DNA from: Dehalococcoidia bacterium
GTDB taxonomy: Bacteria; Chloroflexota; Dehalococcoidia; Plut-88900
Assembly (NCBI GenBank): GCA_965207225.1
Contig: CBDBLV010000001.1
Span: 128,001-192,000 of the forward strand
Direction of reading: 5' to 3'
DNA: 64,000 bases
Shown here: one piece after another, positions 39,875-48,436 of the stretch
Layout of the letters: each line of letters begins with the position of its first letter
How positions within the stretch are numbered: position 1 is the stretch's first letter
Notes under the pieces: generated by a model
Told to the model about the DNA's origin: nothing
What the model saw: only the letters and a program-made list of their open reading frames with translations
Database searches by the model: none
Position numbers and translations under genes: made by a program

Positions 39875-40016
39875 GCGCCCTTCGTTCCTCAACGGGAGCC
39901 TTCGGTCTGCCGGCAGCCTCAGTGCAGGCTTCATTGCGTTGGAGGGAGTCGAACTGGCAAGCCGGGTGTCTGTTTTGAACTTCCGCTAGAAGGATAGGCA
40001 ACAGAGGGAGGCAGTC

Positions 40017-40124
40017 ATGGCGAGAAGCGCCTGTAGCAACACACAGAAGCAGCGGGCGGCCATCTATGCCCGCGTCTCCGACAAGAGCCAGGCCGAGGAG
40101 GACAAGACATCCATCTCCGAGCAG
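40017..40124 (+). pseudogene. Truncated 5' duplicate of the serine integrase gene
   Basis: 40056-40124 is identical to 41184-41252 (AAIYARVSDKSQAEEDKTSISEQ). Confidence 0.85.
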
Positions 40125-40211
40125 GGGAAGGCCAGACATCGCCTCCCGCTAAAGACGAAGAGTGTGAGAACGGCAATGGCGGTTGACTGGAACGGCCCGG
40201 TAGCAGCGTCA

Positions 40212-40856
40212 TCACCAAGCCTGCGGGATGGTGATGACGCCGATGTCATCCCTGAGCGTGTCGGGAAGCACGCTCTGGCGCAGGTGGCTCTTCCACAGGC
40301 GCTTCACGTAGGTCGCGGCGTCGGCCAACTCCTTCGGGCTTCTGTTCCGGGGATCGGGGTTTACCAGCGTGACGCGAATCCCGAGGTCGTCCCGCACGTA
40401 CCGCATCGCACCGGCGAAGTCCGCGTCGTTCGACACCACGACCGCCTGCTCGTAGTCCCGGTTGACCCCGTCCACCAGAAGACGGGTGGCGAGGTTCACG
40501 TCGGACCCCTTCTCCTCCGAGTCCCTCACCAGGACGTGAGTCGGCAGTTCCGCCACCGGCTCCGCCAGCGGGCGGCGCTTGACGCCGGACCGGAAATGTC
40601 CGTAGTAGGCATCGAAGCCCGAAAGCGTCGCCAGAGCCCTGAGGTACGCCTGCTGTCGCTGCCGTTGGGATGGGTTGCCGGGGCGAGCGTCAAGTCTGGC
40701 GGTGAAGTAGCACACTTTGTTGATGTCGTCTTGAGGAAAGAGGGTTTCCGCCAGCCTCCGAAGGTCGAGCCACCGGAACGGCGTGTCCTTCAGGGCGCGG
40801 TAGTAGAGATTGAAGCCGTCGATGTAAACGTTGGTGATCAATCCCGACTCCCTCAC
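40212..40856 (-). CDS. NYN (LabA/DUF88-like PIN) domain protein
   Basis: VYIDGFNLYY, EEKGSDVNLA, VSNDADF; true start may be TTG 40841. Confidence 0.9.
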   Translation of the reverse strand: MRESGLITNVYIDGFNLYYRALKDTPFRWLDLRRLAETLFPQDDINKVCYFTARLDARPGNPSQRQRQQAYLRALATLSGFDAYYGHFRSGVKRRPLAEPVAELPTHVLVRDSEEKGSDVNLATRLLVDGVNRDYEQAVVVSNDADFAGAMRYVRDDLGIRVTLVNPDPRNRSPKELADAATYVKRLWKSHLRQSVLPDTLRDDIGVITIPQAW

Positions 40857-40857
40857 A

Positions 40858-40951
40858 AAGACAGAGACCGCCCGGAAGGACGGTCTCGACCCTACCGCCG
40901 AAGAGATAGGGGTGGTTCAATCAACCTATCACGAGACGGCGGAGATGTCAA
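40858..40951 (-). promoter_or_regulatory. NYN promoter and two-hairpin leader or small RNA
   Basis: TTGACA-17-TAGGTT; hairpins 40890-40911 and 40864-40887 followed by UGUCUUU. Confidence 0.55.
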
Positions 40952-41144
40952 CTGAAACCTCTTTGACGACGCCCCACTCGTCGCGGTATCATGAGAACGA
41001 AGTTGGCCCGGCGATGCTGCAAACACCCCGGGCCGTGGCCCCACCTGCGGCAGCAGGCAGCGCGTCGGTATTGTACTACCAGCAGACCCGCTCCCGACAG
41101 GAGGCGGGTCTGTTTTAGTTTCTGAGAGATTGATGGAGGTTTAC

Positions 41145-42728
41145 ATGGCGAGAAGAACCGATAGAAACGCGCCCAAGAAGCGAGCGGCCATCTATGCCCG
41201 CGTCTCCGACAAGAGCCAGGCCGAGGAGGACAAGACATCCATCTCCGAGCAGATGGGCGACATGGAAGCCTACTGCGAGGAGAGGGGCATGGCCGTCGTG
41301 GCACGCTATCAGGAGGTCGGTCGGGGCTGGTCGAAGAAACGCCCGGAGTTCCAGAGGATGCTCGCCGACGCCAGGATGGGACGCTTCGACACCATCGTAT
41401 GCTGGAAGTCCGACCGGCTCAGCAGGGGCATGTACCCCGCAGCCGCCCTCATGGAGGTCGTCGAGGCGTACCGCATCGGCATCGAGGCTGTCATGGACGC
41501 CATCGACATGAAGACCTTCGGACTCATGGCGGCCATCGGCAAGATCGAACTGGACAACTTCAGGGAGCGTGCCTCTATGGGCAAGCGCGGCAAGGCCAAG
41601 CAGGGCAGGCTGCCCACCGGGTCGCCGCCCTACGGCTATCGCGTCGACGAGCACGGCAACCCCTACGTCTACGAGCCGGAGGCCAAGTTCATCCGCCGCA
41701 TCTTCCGACAGTATGCCGAAGAGGGCATGACCGCTCCCGCCATCGTCCTGGGGTTGGAGCGGGACGGCGCGCCCCTGCCGCCCAGGTGCTCCAAGTGGCG
41801 CAAGGAGCGAGTCCACGCCATTATGAGCAGCGAGACCTACAGGGGCACCTACTGGTACGGCAAGAGCAGTTGGGTGACCACCGAGGACGGAACCAAGGGA
41901 ACGAAGAATCCAAAGGACACCTGGATAGGCATCCCGTTCCCACCCCTCGTGGATGAGAAGACCTGGGAGCGGGTGAAGGCGCGCAAGTTCAAGCGGTTCA
42001 GCCACTCCAAGCGCAACACCAAGACCTTCTACCTCCTCCAGCACATGGTCAGGTGCTCCGAGTGCGGGTTGTATCTCCACGGCAGGGCGCAGAGCAAAAA
42101 GTCCCAGTACTACAACGGGAAGCGCTACGCCTATACCCTCGACCCTCCCCACCGCTACTACCGCTGCGGTGGGATGACATCCCACAAGCTGGAGTGCCGT
42201 AGACCGGGCTTCATCAAGGCCGAACGGCTGGAGGAGTTCGTCTGGAGCGAGGTCAAGAGAATGTTGCAGAATCCCGGCCTCATCGTCGCTGGCATCGAGT
42301 CGCTGGGCTCTCAGGAGGACGACGGCTGGGAGAAGGAGATCGACAGGGTCGAGCGCGAGCTCAACAGGGTCCAGTCCGAGGAGGACAGGGCCATCAGGCT
42401 ATACGTCTCGGCCAAGATCACCGAGGCCCAACTCGACCACCAGCGTAAGTTCATCACCGAACGGCTGGAGACGCTCCGCAGGGACTTGGACGACTACCGG
42501 GCGCAGCAGGCGGCGCTGGCCGAGAAACGCATCCTCATGGAGAATATCCTGGCATGGGCAAGCAAGGTCGGAGACCGTCTCGACGAAGTGCCCGACGAGC
42601 AGCGCAAGGACATCCTGAAACTGCTGCTGGACCAGGTGGTGATCGACGGCGACAATAACATCCGGTTCACCCTCGGCATCCCCGCCGAGGATTTGGTGTC
42701 AGTTAAGTACCCCGAATCAATACCCTAA
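41145..42728 (+). CDS. Large serine recombinase (ICE-1 integrase)
   Basis: AIYARVS, DRLSR, PPYGY, CSECG zinc ribbon, coiled coil. Confidence 0.93.
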   Translation: MARRTDRNAPKKRAAIYARVSDKSQAEEDKTSISEQMGDMEAYCEERGMAVVARYQEVGRGWSKKRPEFQRMLADARMGRFDTIVCWKSDRLSRGMYPAAALMEVVEAYRIGIEAVMDAIDMKTFGLMAAIGKIELDNFRERASMGKRGKAKQGRLPTGSPPYGYRVDEHGNPYVYEPEAKFIRRIFRQYAEEGMTAPAIVLGLERDGAPLPPRCSKWRKERVHAIMSSETYRGTYWYGKSSWVTTEDGTKGTKNPKDTWIGIPFPPLVDEKTWERVKARKFKRFSHSKRNTKTFYLLQHMVRCSECGLYLHGRAQSKKSQYYNGKRYAYTLDPPHRYYRCGGMTSHKLECRRPGFIKAERLEEFVWSEVKRMLQNPGLIVAGIESLGSQEDDGWEKEIDRVERELNRVQSEEDRAIRLYVSAKITEAQLDHQRKFITERLETLRRDLDDYRAQQAALAEKRILMENILAWASKVGDRLDEVPDEQRKDILKLLLDQVVIDGDNNIRFTLGIPAEDLVSVKYPESIP

Positions 42729-42745
42729 CCCTCTTGCACGGAGAC
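42692..42745. other. attR of ICE-1 (core AA at 42719-42720)
   Basis: TTTGGTGTCAGTTAAGTACCCCGAAT is inverse to 9170-9195; C-rich host composition resumes here. Confidence 0.7.
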
Positions 42746-42751
42746 CCCCCG

Positions 42752-43315
42752 ATGCCCGACCAAGAACTAACCCGCTGCTTCGGCTCACCCGACGACCCCC
42801 TCATGATGTCCTACCACGACAACGAATGGGGCATCCCCTTCCACGACGACCGGAAGCAGTTCGAGTTCCTCTGCCTCGAAAGCATGCAGTCCGGCCTCTC
42901 CTGGAAGACCATCCTCGACAAGCGCGAAAACTTCCGCAAGGCCTTCGCCAACTTCGACCCCGAGAAAGTAGCCTCCTACACCGACGCCGACATCCAGCGG
43001 CTCCTGTCCGACGCCGGGATCATCCGCAACCGACGCAAAATCGAGGCCATCATCAACAACGCCCGACGCTTCCTTGAAGTCCAGCGGGAATTCGGCTCCT
43101 TCGACGCCTACATCTGGCAGTTCACCGGCAACAAGGTCCTTCGTCGGGACCACGAGACCATGCCCGCCCAGACCCCCGAGTCGGAAGCCCTATCCAAGGA
43201 CCTCAAGGCCCGTGGCTTCAAATTCATGGGCCCCGTCGTCGTCTACTCCCACATGCAGGCCACGGGCCAGGTCAACGACCACCACCCCACCTGCTTCCGC
43301 GCCCCCAAACCCTGA
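42752..43315 (+). CDS. tag: DNA-3-methyladenine glycosylase I
   Basis: RC, YHDNEWG, FEFLCLESMQSGLSW.TIL.KR, IIRNRRKI, GFKFMGP, NDH...C. Confidence 0.95.
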   Translation: MPDQELTRCFGSPDDPLMMSYHDNEWGIPFHDDRKQFEFLCLESMQSGLSWKTILDKRENFRKAFANFDPEKVASYTDADIQRLLSDAGIIRNRRKIEAIINNARRFLEVQREFGSFDAYIWQFTGNKVLRRDHETMPAQTPESEALSKDLKARGFKFMGPVVVYSHMQATGQVNDHHPTCFRAPKP

Positions 43316-43405
43316 CCTTCTTTCATCCCCCCCGAGCCGGAATCCATCAAGGGGCGGCAGCACGGCTTGTCACCCCTCTATTGCATGTAGTAATCTAATC
43401 ATGTC

Positions 43406-43723
43406 ATGACCGATGCCATCGTCTTCGACAGCCACCAATTCGTCAGGAACCTTATCGCCAGCGGATTCACCGAGCGTCAGGCCGAGGCCCTCGCCAGCGA
43501 GCAGGTCCAGCTGCTCAACGCCAACCTAGCCACCAAAGCCGACCTTGAAGCCGTCCGATCCGACCTTGAGGCGAAAATTACGAACGTCCAGGCCGACCTT
43601 GAAGTGAAGCTGGCTAATCTTGATGTGAAGATCGCAAGCACCAAGTCCGACCTGCTGAAGTGGATGTTCGCCGCCCTCATTGCTCAAGGCGGGGTCATCG
43701 TCACCCTCGTCACCCTGCTCTAA
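43406..43723 (+). CDS. DUF1640/CCDC90-like coiled-coil membrane-anchored protein
   Basis: FDSH.FV..L..SGFTE.QAEAL, LATKADL, DLLKWM + TM. Confidence 0.8.
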   Translation: MTDAIVFDSHQFVRNLIASGFTERQAEALASEQVQLLNANLATKADLEAVRSDLEAKITNVQADLEVKLANLDVKIASTKSDLLKWMFAALIAQGGVIVTLVTLL

Positions 43724-43748
43724 CCCCCCACCCAGACGTAGCTAACAA

Positions 43749-43958
43749 ATGACCACCATTGAGGAACGAGTCAGCTACGTCGAAGGGAAACTTGATTCCC
43801 TTGCCACTAAGGAAGACTTGGCAAACGTCAAATCCGATCTAATGGCTGAAATCAGCAAAATTGAGCCCCGGATCATCAAATGGATGATCGGCATGGTGCT
43901 TAGCTCCGTGACAATTGCCACTACCCTTGCCATCTTCATCCAGCGCCTTATAGACTAG
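43749..43958 (+). CDS. Short DUF1640-like coiled-coil protein
   Basis: LATKEDL..IIKWMIG + TM. Confidence 0.7.
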   Translation: MTTIEERVSYVEGKLDSLATKEDLANVKSDLMAEISKIEPRIIKWMIGMVLSSVTIATTLAIFIQRLID

Positions 43959-44017
43959 AGGACCTCCCCACCCTGTGGTACAATTAAGTCACACTGCCAC
44001 CCCACCGGAGCCAACTA

Positions 44018-44215
44018 ATGACCACTGCGGACGAAAGACTGGCCCGACTGGAAGGCGCCTATGAGCACTTGGCGACCAAGGCCGATGTAGCCGTCCTGAA
44101 GTCAGAAATCGCCAACCTGAAAGCCGACCTCCTAAAATGGATGGTAGGCATGATGATTAGCTCCGTGGCCCTCGCCGTCACCGTCGCCATCTTCATCCAG
44201 CGGCTCATAGACTAG
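44018..44215 (+). CDS. Short DUF1640-like coiled-coil protein
   Basis: LATKADV..LLKWMVG + TM; own TG-N-TACAAT promoter and GGAG RBS. Confidence 0.72.
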   Translation: MTTADERLARLEGAYEHLATKADVAVLKSEIANLKADLLKWMVGMMISSVALAVTVAIFIQRLID

Positions 44216-44466
44216 ACGACCCCCCCACCCCCTCCCCCGAGGCCCGGGGCCGCTCACCCTGAGCGGAGTCGAAGGGTCGAGCGGGGGGAAGAAGGTTGAC
44301 CCCCCAACCCCCGACACCCCACCAGGTACCCAAACCCCCTCTCCCTCGATCACCCCCCCGTCATTTCCGACCCCTATCGGGAATCCATCCCCGGGGCGGC
44401 AGTGACGCGTACTCAATGAATGCAGCTTAGTTATAATTTCCACAATCGGATGCTATAGGAGATTCA

Positions 44467-45420
44467 GTGATGCCCCGTATGCCGAAGCCACTTCTTTGGT
44501 GGTCCGACGGAAACAAAGCAATTAGCTCTGCACTCACCAATAAGGAGGTGTGGCTCTACGGAAGTGGAGTCCGGCAACCTGCACCGTTTCAAATTCGTCG
44601 CCGCAACTTACTGACAAGAATACCTAGACTCGGTCAAGGAAGATTTGGGACTTGGGTCACCGATATACCTACTGAGTATCTAGGTAACGGAGAGATGCGC
44701 AGTCAGTTTCCCTGGCAGGCAACCTACGTTTCTTTCTCGCCCGGTTCAAGTGAATACTTCTTTACAGATAACAATGAAGGGGTTTCTGGTTCACTAACCG
44801 TGTCTAATATGCCAAATGTCAAATGGCGGCAGGCGAAGCATGGTGAAATGGCATTGAATCCAAAACTAGATTTGGGAGGATATATAAGGGCCATATTAGG
44901 AAGATTCAAACGAGATTATGAATTCACAATTGAAGGGGAATTGATTGCTCCTCAAGACCCAGATGTAGAAATAACACTGCTTGAGCCTGGCACATCAGAA
45001 CTGCTTTTGCGTAATACGGCCCAAGACATTCTCTTCAATGAGTTCGGAAGAAGAACCATGAGTGAACCCCGAGCTGCTGAAGAACGAGACCCTCAGTACG
45101 ATGAATTATGGGGACTGGCTACTCACAAAATCCAACCCCTTGTGGAAGACATGCCTCAGTCCTATCGACATACACGCTACCTAGCATCAGCAATGCGCCT
45201 CATCAATTCATATCTGGGACGAAGATATGTAGACTTTGCGATTCGTGGTTCAAACCGCTTTACTGTAAATGAGGATAAACCTTACCCAATCTCGATAACC
45301 CTTAGAGGCGACGGCCCTGTAAAGTTATTGTTTGCTCTTCAAGTTCGTAATACTGATACTGGTACAACGTCTATCTCGGAGTTTATGCCGGTAGTAGTTA
45401 AGGAACCGCCATTCTATTGA
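44467..45420 (+). CDS. Hypothetical protein, low-GC orphan
   Basis: 317-codon ORF in an AT-richer island; AGGAG RBS; no recognisable motif. Confidence 0.6.
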   Translation: MMPRMPKPLLWWSDGNKAISSALTNKEVWLYGSGVRQPAPFQIRRRNLLTRIPRLGQGRFGTWVTDIPTEYLGNGEMRSQFPWQATYVSFSPGSSEYFFTDNNEGVSGSLTVSNMPNVKWRQAKHGEMALNPKLDLGGYIRAILGRFKRDYEFTIEGELIAPQDPDVEITLLEPGTSELLLRNTAQDILFNEFGRRTMSEPRAAEERDPQYDELWGLATHKIQPLVEDMPQSYRHTRYLASAMRLINSYLGRRYVDFAIRGSNRFTVNEDKPYPISITLRGDGPVKLLFALQVRNTDTGTTSISEFMPVVVKEPPFY

Positions 45421-45482
45421 ATGGTTTCCTCATCATCCCACCCCCGACTCCCCATATATAATGCCCTCCGAGGCCCGCCACC

Positions 45483-46307
45483 GTGCAAATCATAACAACC
45501 CCAACCTTCGACTGGCTCGCAGAGCACGCCCGAGCCTGTAGCTCTCGCCTGCTAATCGGCAGCCCCTTCGTCAACGATGGCATCCTGCAGTTGACCGACC
45601 TCGTCCCCAAAGAGGCATCCCGCACCCTCGTCACCCGCACTGACCTCCGTGACTTTGCCTTGGGAGCATCTAGCCTGGATACCCTTTGCTCCCTCAGTAA
45701 AGATGGAGTGACCATCCGCAGCCTTCATCGGCTTCATGCCAAGATATACGTCTTCGACTCTTCGGTTGCATTGGTAACTTCCGCCAATGCCACCCGCGCC
45801 GGCATGTGGAGGAACTTTGAATGTGGCTTGGGCATTACCGACAGTGTGACCGTCAGCACCTTGGCAAAGTCTCTGCTTAGCGGATTTGACACCAGGGAAG
45901 AAGTGGACGAGGTTGGCCTCAAAGAGCTTCAGGGCATGTATCGCCATCTGGAATCAATCAAGGTAATCGTCACCCCTCATCCGAAGCCTGGTGACGACGG
46001 CCCTCCCCCGTCCAAGCCCACCTTCTCGATACCCGACAAGCAGGCACTCCTGAAGGGGTTTACCGGCTGGCGAAGACTCACCCTGGAAGGCGTCTTGGAA
46101 ATGCCGGAAGACGGGTTCATGATGGACCAGTTGATAGAGGTTTGTGGCCCGGAGGCGTCTAGGAAATACCCTAAGAACCGTTTCGTTACCGAGAAGCTGC
46201 GCCAGCAGCTTCAAGTCCTGCGCAACAGGGGACTAGTCGAGTTCGTCAGCCCCGGAGTCTACCGGCGGACGATGGACGCCGCCGACCTAAGCAAAGAGTC
46301 GCCTTGA
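45483..46307 (+). CDS. PLD nuclease fused to a DpnI-type winged helix (putative m6A-dependent restriction endonuclease)
   Basis: HAKIYVFD..SAN (HKD); C-terminal YPKN...EKLRQQLQVLR.RGLVEF...G.Y. Confidence 0.8.
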   Translation: MQIITTPTFDWLAEHARACSSRLLIGSPFVNDGILQLTDLVPKEASRTLVTRTDLRDFALGASSLDTLCSLSKDGVTIRSLHRLHAKIYVFDSSVALVTSANATRAGMWRNFECGLGITDSVTVSTLAKSLLSGFDTREEVDEVGLKELQGMYRHLESIKVIVTPHPKPGDDGPPPSKPTFSIPDKQALLKGFTGWRRLTLEGVLEMPEDGFMMDQLIEVCGPEASRKYPKNRFVTEKLRQQLQVLRNRGLVEFVSPGVYRRTMDAADLSKESP

Positions 46308-47087
46308 ACCGTCCGCCGGTGTGAGCCGTGCATAGGACAGTTCCGCGTACTCCTCCATAGACTCCGCCCCCCAGAACCTCCGACCCAGCCCCAGCGCCGC
46401 CACCCCCGTGCTCCCCGACCCCACAAACGGATCAAACACTATCTCCCCCGGGTGAGTCGACGCCCTCAGGCAACGTCGTATCGATGCCAGCGGCTTCTGC
46501 GTCGGGTGCTTCCCAAACCTCTTTTCGTCCCGGCCCGGCGGAGGCATCGTCCACACTGTCTTCATCTGCCGTCCGCCGTTCTCCTCCCGCATCACGTCGT
46601 AGTTAAACGTGTGCCGGTGCTTGCTCCCCTTCTTCGCCTTCGTCGCCCACAACAGCGTCTCCGTGGAATGCGTGAAGCACCTGCGCCCCAAATTCGGCGG
46701 AGGGTTCGGCTTCTCCCACTGGATATCGTTCAGGATCCGGTACCCCAGCTGCAGCATCGCCATCCCGACACTCAGGTAAACGTGTACCGTCCCCGTCACC
46801 CAGATCGTCCCCGCCGGCTTCAGGATGCCGTGGCACTCCGCCAGCCACTGCCTCGTGAAATCGTGGTCGCTCTCCAGCCCCCTGCTCCGGTCCCACTCCC
46901 CCTTGTTCACCTTCACCATCCTCCCCGCCACGCACGTTATCCCGTCGTTCGAAAGAAAATACGGCGGGTCCGTCCACACGCAGTCGACCGACTCGTCCGG
47001 TATCGACGACATCACGTCGAACGCGTTGCCCAGGTACAGGCGAGACAGGTTGTCGGCGGACTGCCAGAACGGCTCGAGGATTTGCAA
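46287..47087 (-). CDS. Beta-class N4/N6 DNA methyltransferase, DpnA (M2.DpnII)-like
   Basis: DPPYFLSNDG....G....VNKGEWD, WEKPNPPPN, HPTQKP, DPFVGSGSTG. Confidence 0.88.
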   Translation of the reverse strand: MQILEPFWQSADNLSRLYLGNAFDVMSSIPDESVDCVWTDPPYFLSNDGITCVAGRMVKVNKGEWDRSRGLESDHDFTRQWLAECHGILKPAGTIWVTGTVHVYLSVGMAMLQLGYRILNDIQWEKPNPPPNLGRRCFTHSTETLLWATKAKKGSKHRHTFNYDVMREENGGRQMKTVWTMPPPGRDEKRFGKHPTQKPLASIRRCLRASTHPGEIVFDPFVGSGSTGVAALGLGRRFWGAESMEEYAELSYARLTPADGSRRLFA

Positions 47088-47253
47088 TAGCCTAGATCAA
47101 GCGTTCACACAAGCTCGATCCGATCCTACCACAAAAAAGATCGACTGATCTACATAATGTTGTATCCCATTCCCAACACCAATCCCGACACCATATCTAT
47201 GATGATCGCAACCCGCTCCCACCCCACCCCCGGTCCGGAATCCCCTCCCCCCC

Positions 47254-47690
47254 AGTACCAAACTAGAGGCAAGCGCCTGCGCCAAGGCGCAGGCGCTTGC
47301 CTCTGTTTTTTCTCCCCCTCTCCCTCAATGGCCCTGAGGGAGAGGGGGACCAAGGGGGTGAGGGTTCCCCAGTGGGGCCGGGAGGCATTCCCTCCCCCTC
47401 CGCCCAGTACTGAACTAGAGGCCCACGTGCGTGCAGAGCACGCACGTGGGCCTCTATTCATCTTTCCCCCGCTCCCTTAAAGGCCCTAAGAGCCTGCCCC
47501 GAGTCCCTCGAGGGGGAGAGGGGGACCAAGGGGGCGAGGGCTCCCCTCCCCGGGCGGAGGGGCCGCTCATGCTGAGGCGACTCGAAGTATGAGCGGGGAG
47601 AGGCCCGCGCTTGCCAACCCGTCTAGCCCCTTCATCACCAACCGTCCCCTTCTCCCCTGTCATTCCGATGCCCCGCGAGGAATCTGGGGA
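47254..47690. repeat. Cluster of REP-like elements
   Basis: Doublets 47254-47370 and 47406-47545; further units near 47560 and 47659. Confidence 0.75.
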
Positions 47691-47731
47691 GGGGGCCGGC
47701 CCCCTCCCCCCAAAAATTTGACATTGCCCAT

Positions 47732-47765
47732 TGACAAACAAACATTTGAGCTTTATATTTGTTCT
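47732..47765 (+). promoter_or_regulatory. Sigma-70 promoter with degenerate LexA-like boxes
   Basis: TTGACA-17nt-TATATT-TGTTCT, same architecture as 4121-4154. Confidence 0.55.
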
Positions 47766-48010
47766 AAGTCTAGACCCGACACTAACTAAAGGAGGAACCA
47801 AAACCCCAGGAAAGCCCCCGAGACCCGACCCCGAGGACTCAACGCCCTGGCCCATCCCAATACCTCTCCCCTCTCTTATAGGGGCGACCGGCCAATCGCT
47901 CTCCCTTGCGAGGCAAGCAGGTTGCGGCACAAGCGAAAGCGTCATCCCCGAGAAGTCGGGGACGCCATCTCCTCACCCAACGGGTCCCGTGCCCCTTCCC
48001 TGACCATCCA

Positions 48011-48318
48011 GGCGATGGAAGGTCCACAACATTAAACGGCACGCCCCTCATATAGGAGCCCTGCCGAAAAACCTCGGGCCTTATGGCCCTTGGAAAAATC
48101 TCCCCCGTCGTTCCCTTCGGAGATTCCCATTAACCTAGCGACGGCAGCGAGAAAACACCTCCCCACCCCTCCGAGTGGGCTAGGAAAACTGAGAAACTGA
48201 TGGTAGAGACGCCCTCAGGCGAGGTCTCCTCGCTTGTCTGCCATGTGACACAGGAACACGGGGCTGAACCAGGCTGGCCTCCCGCCCCCTGAAACTGAGT
48301 CCCGGACCTTCCATCGCC
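48011..48318. other. 308-bp element closed by a perfect 15-bp inverted repeat (structured ncRNA or MITE)
   Basis: GGCGATGGAAGGTCC / GGACCTTCCATCGCC with several nested stems. Confidence 0.5.
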
Positions 48319-48436
48319 GACCCAAAACCCGACAGAACAATCAAAACCCCATCCCCACAACCGAATAACCCCCTCCCGTGCGGCTCCTTCACCCCTGTGC
48401 TACCATGCCCCCATCCCCGACCCCGCGGAGGCCCCC

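Larger units (their letters stand above)
9169..42720. mobile_element. ICE-1, integrative conjugative element of about 33.5 kb with a large serine integrase
   Basis: Ends 9170-9195 and 42692-42717 are inverted repeats (20/26 identical), flanked by a CAA direct repeat; T4SS, coupling protein, relaxase-like and integrase genes inside; host C-skew and REPs absent inside. Confidence 0.8.

Noticed and set aside
40017-40955. 312-aa ORF starting with recombinase motifs
   Set aside because: Only the first 36 codons are integrase-derived; the rest is antisense shadow of the NYN gene
9169-42720. Prophage
   Set aside because: Has an immunity-like switch and integrase but no capsid, terminase, portal or tail genes
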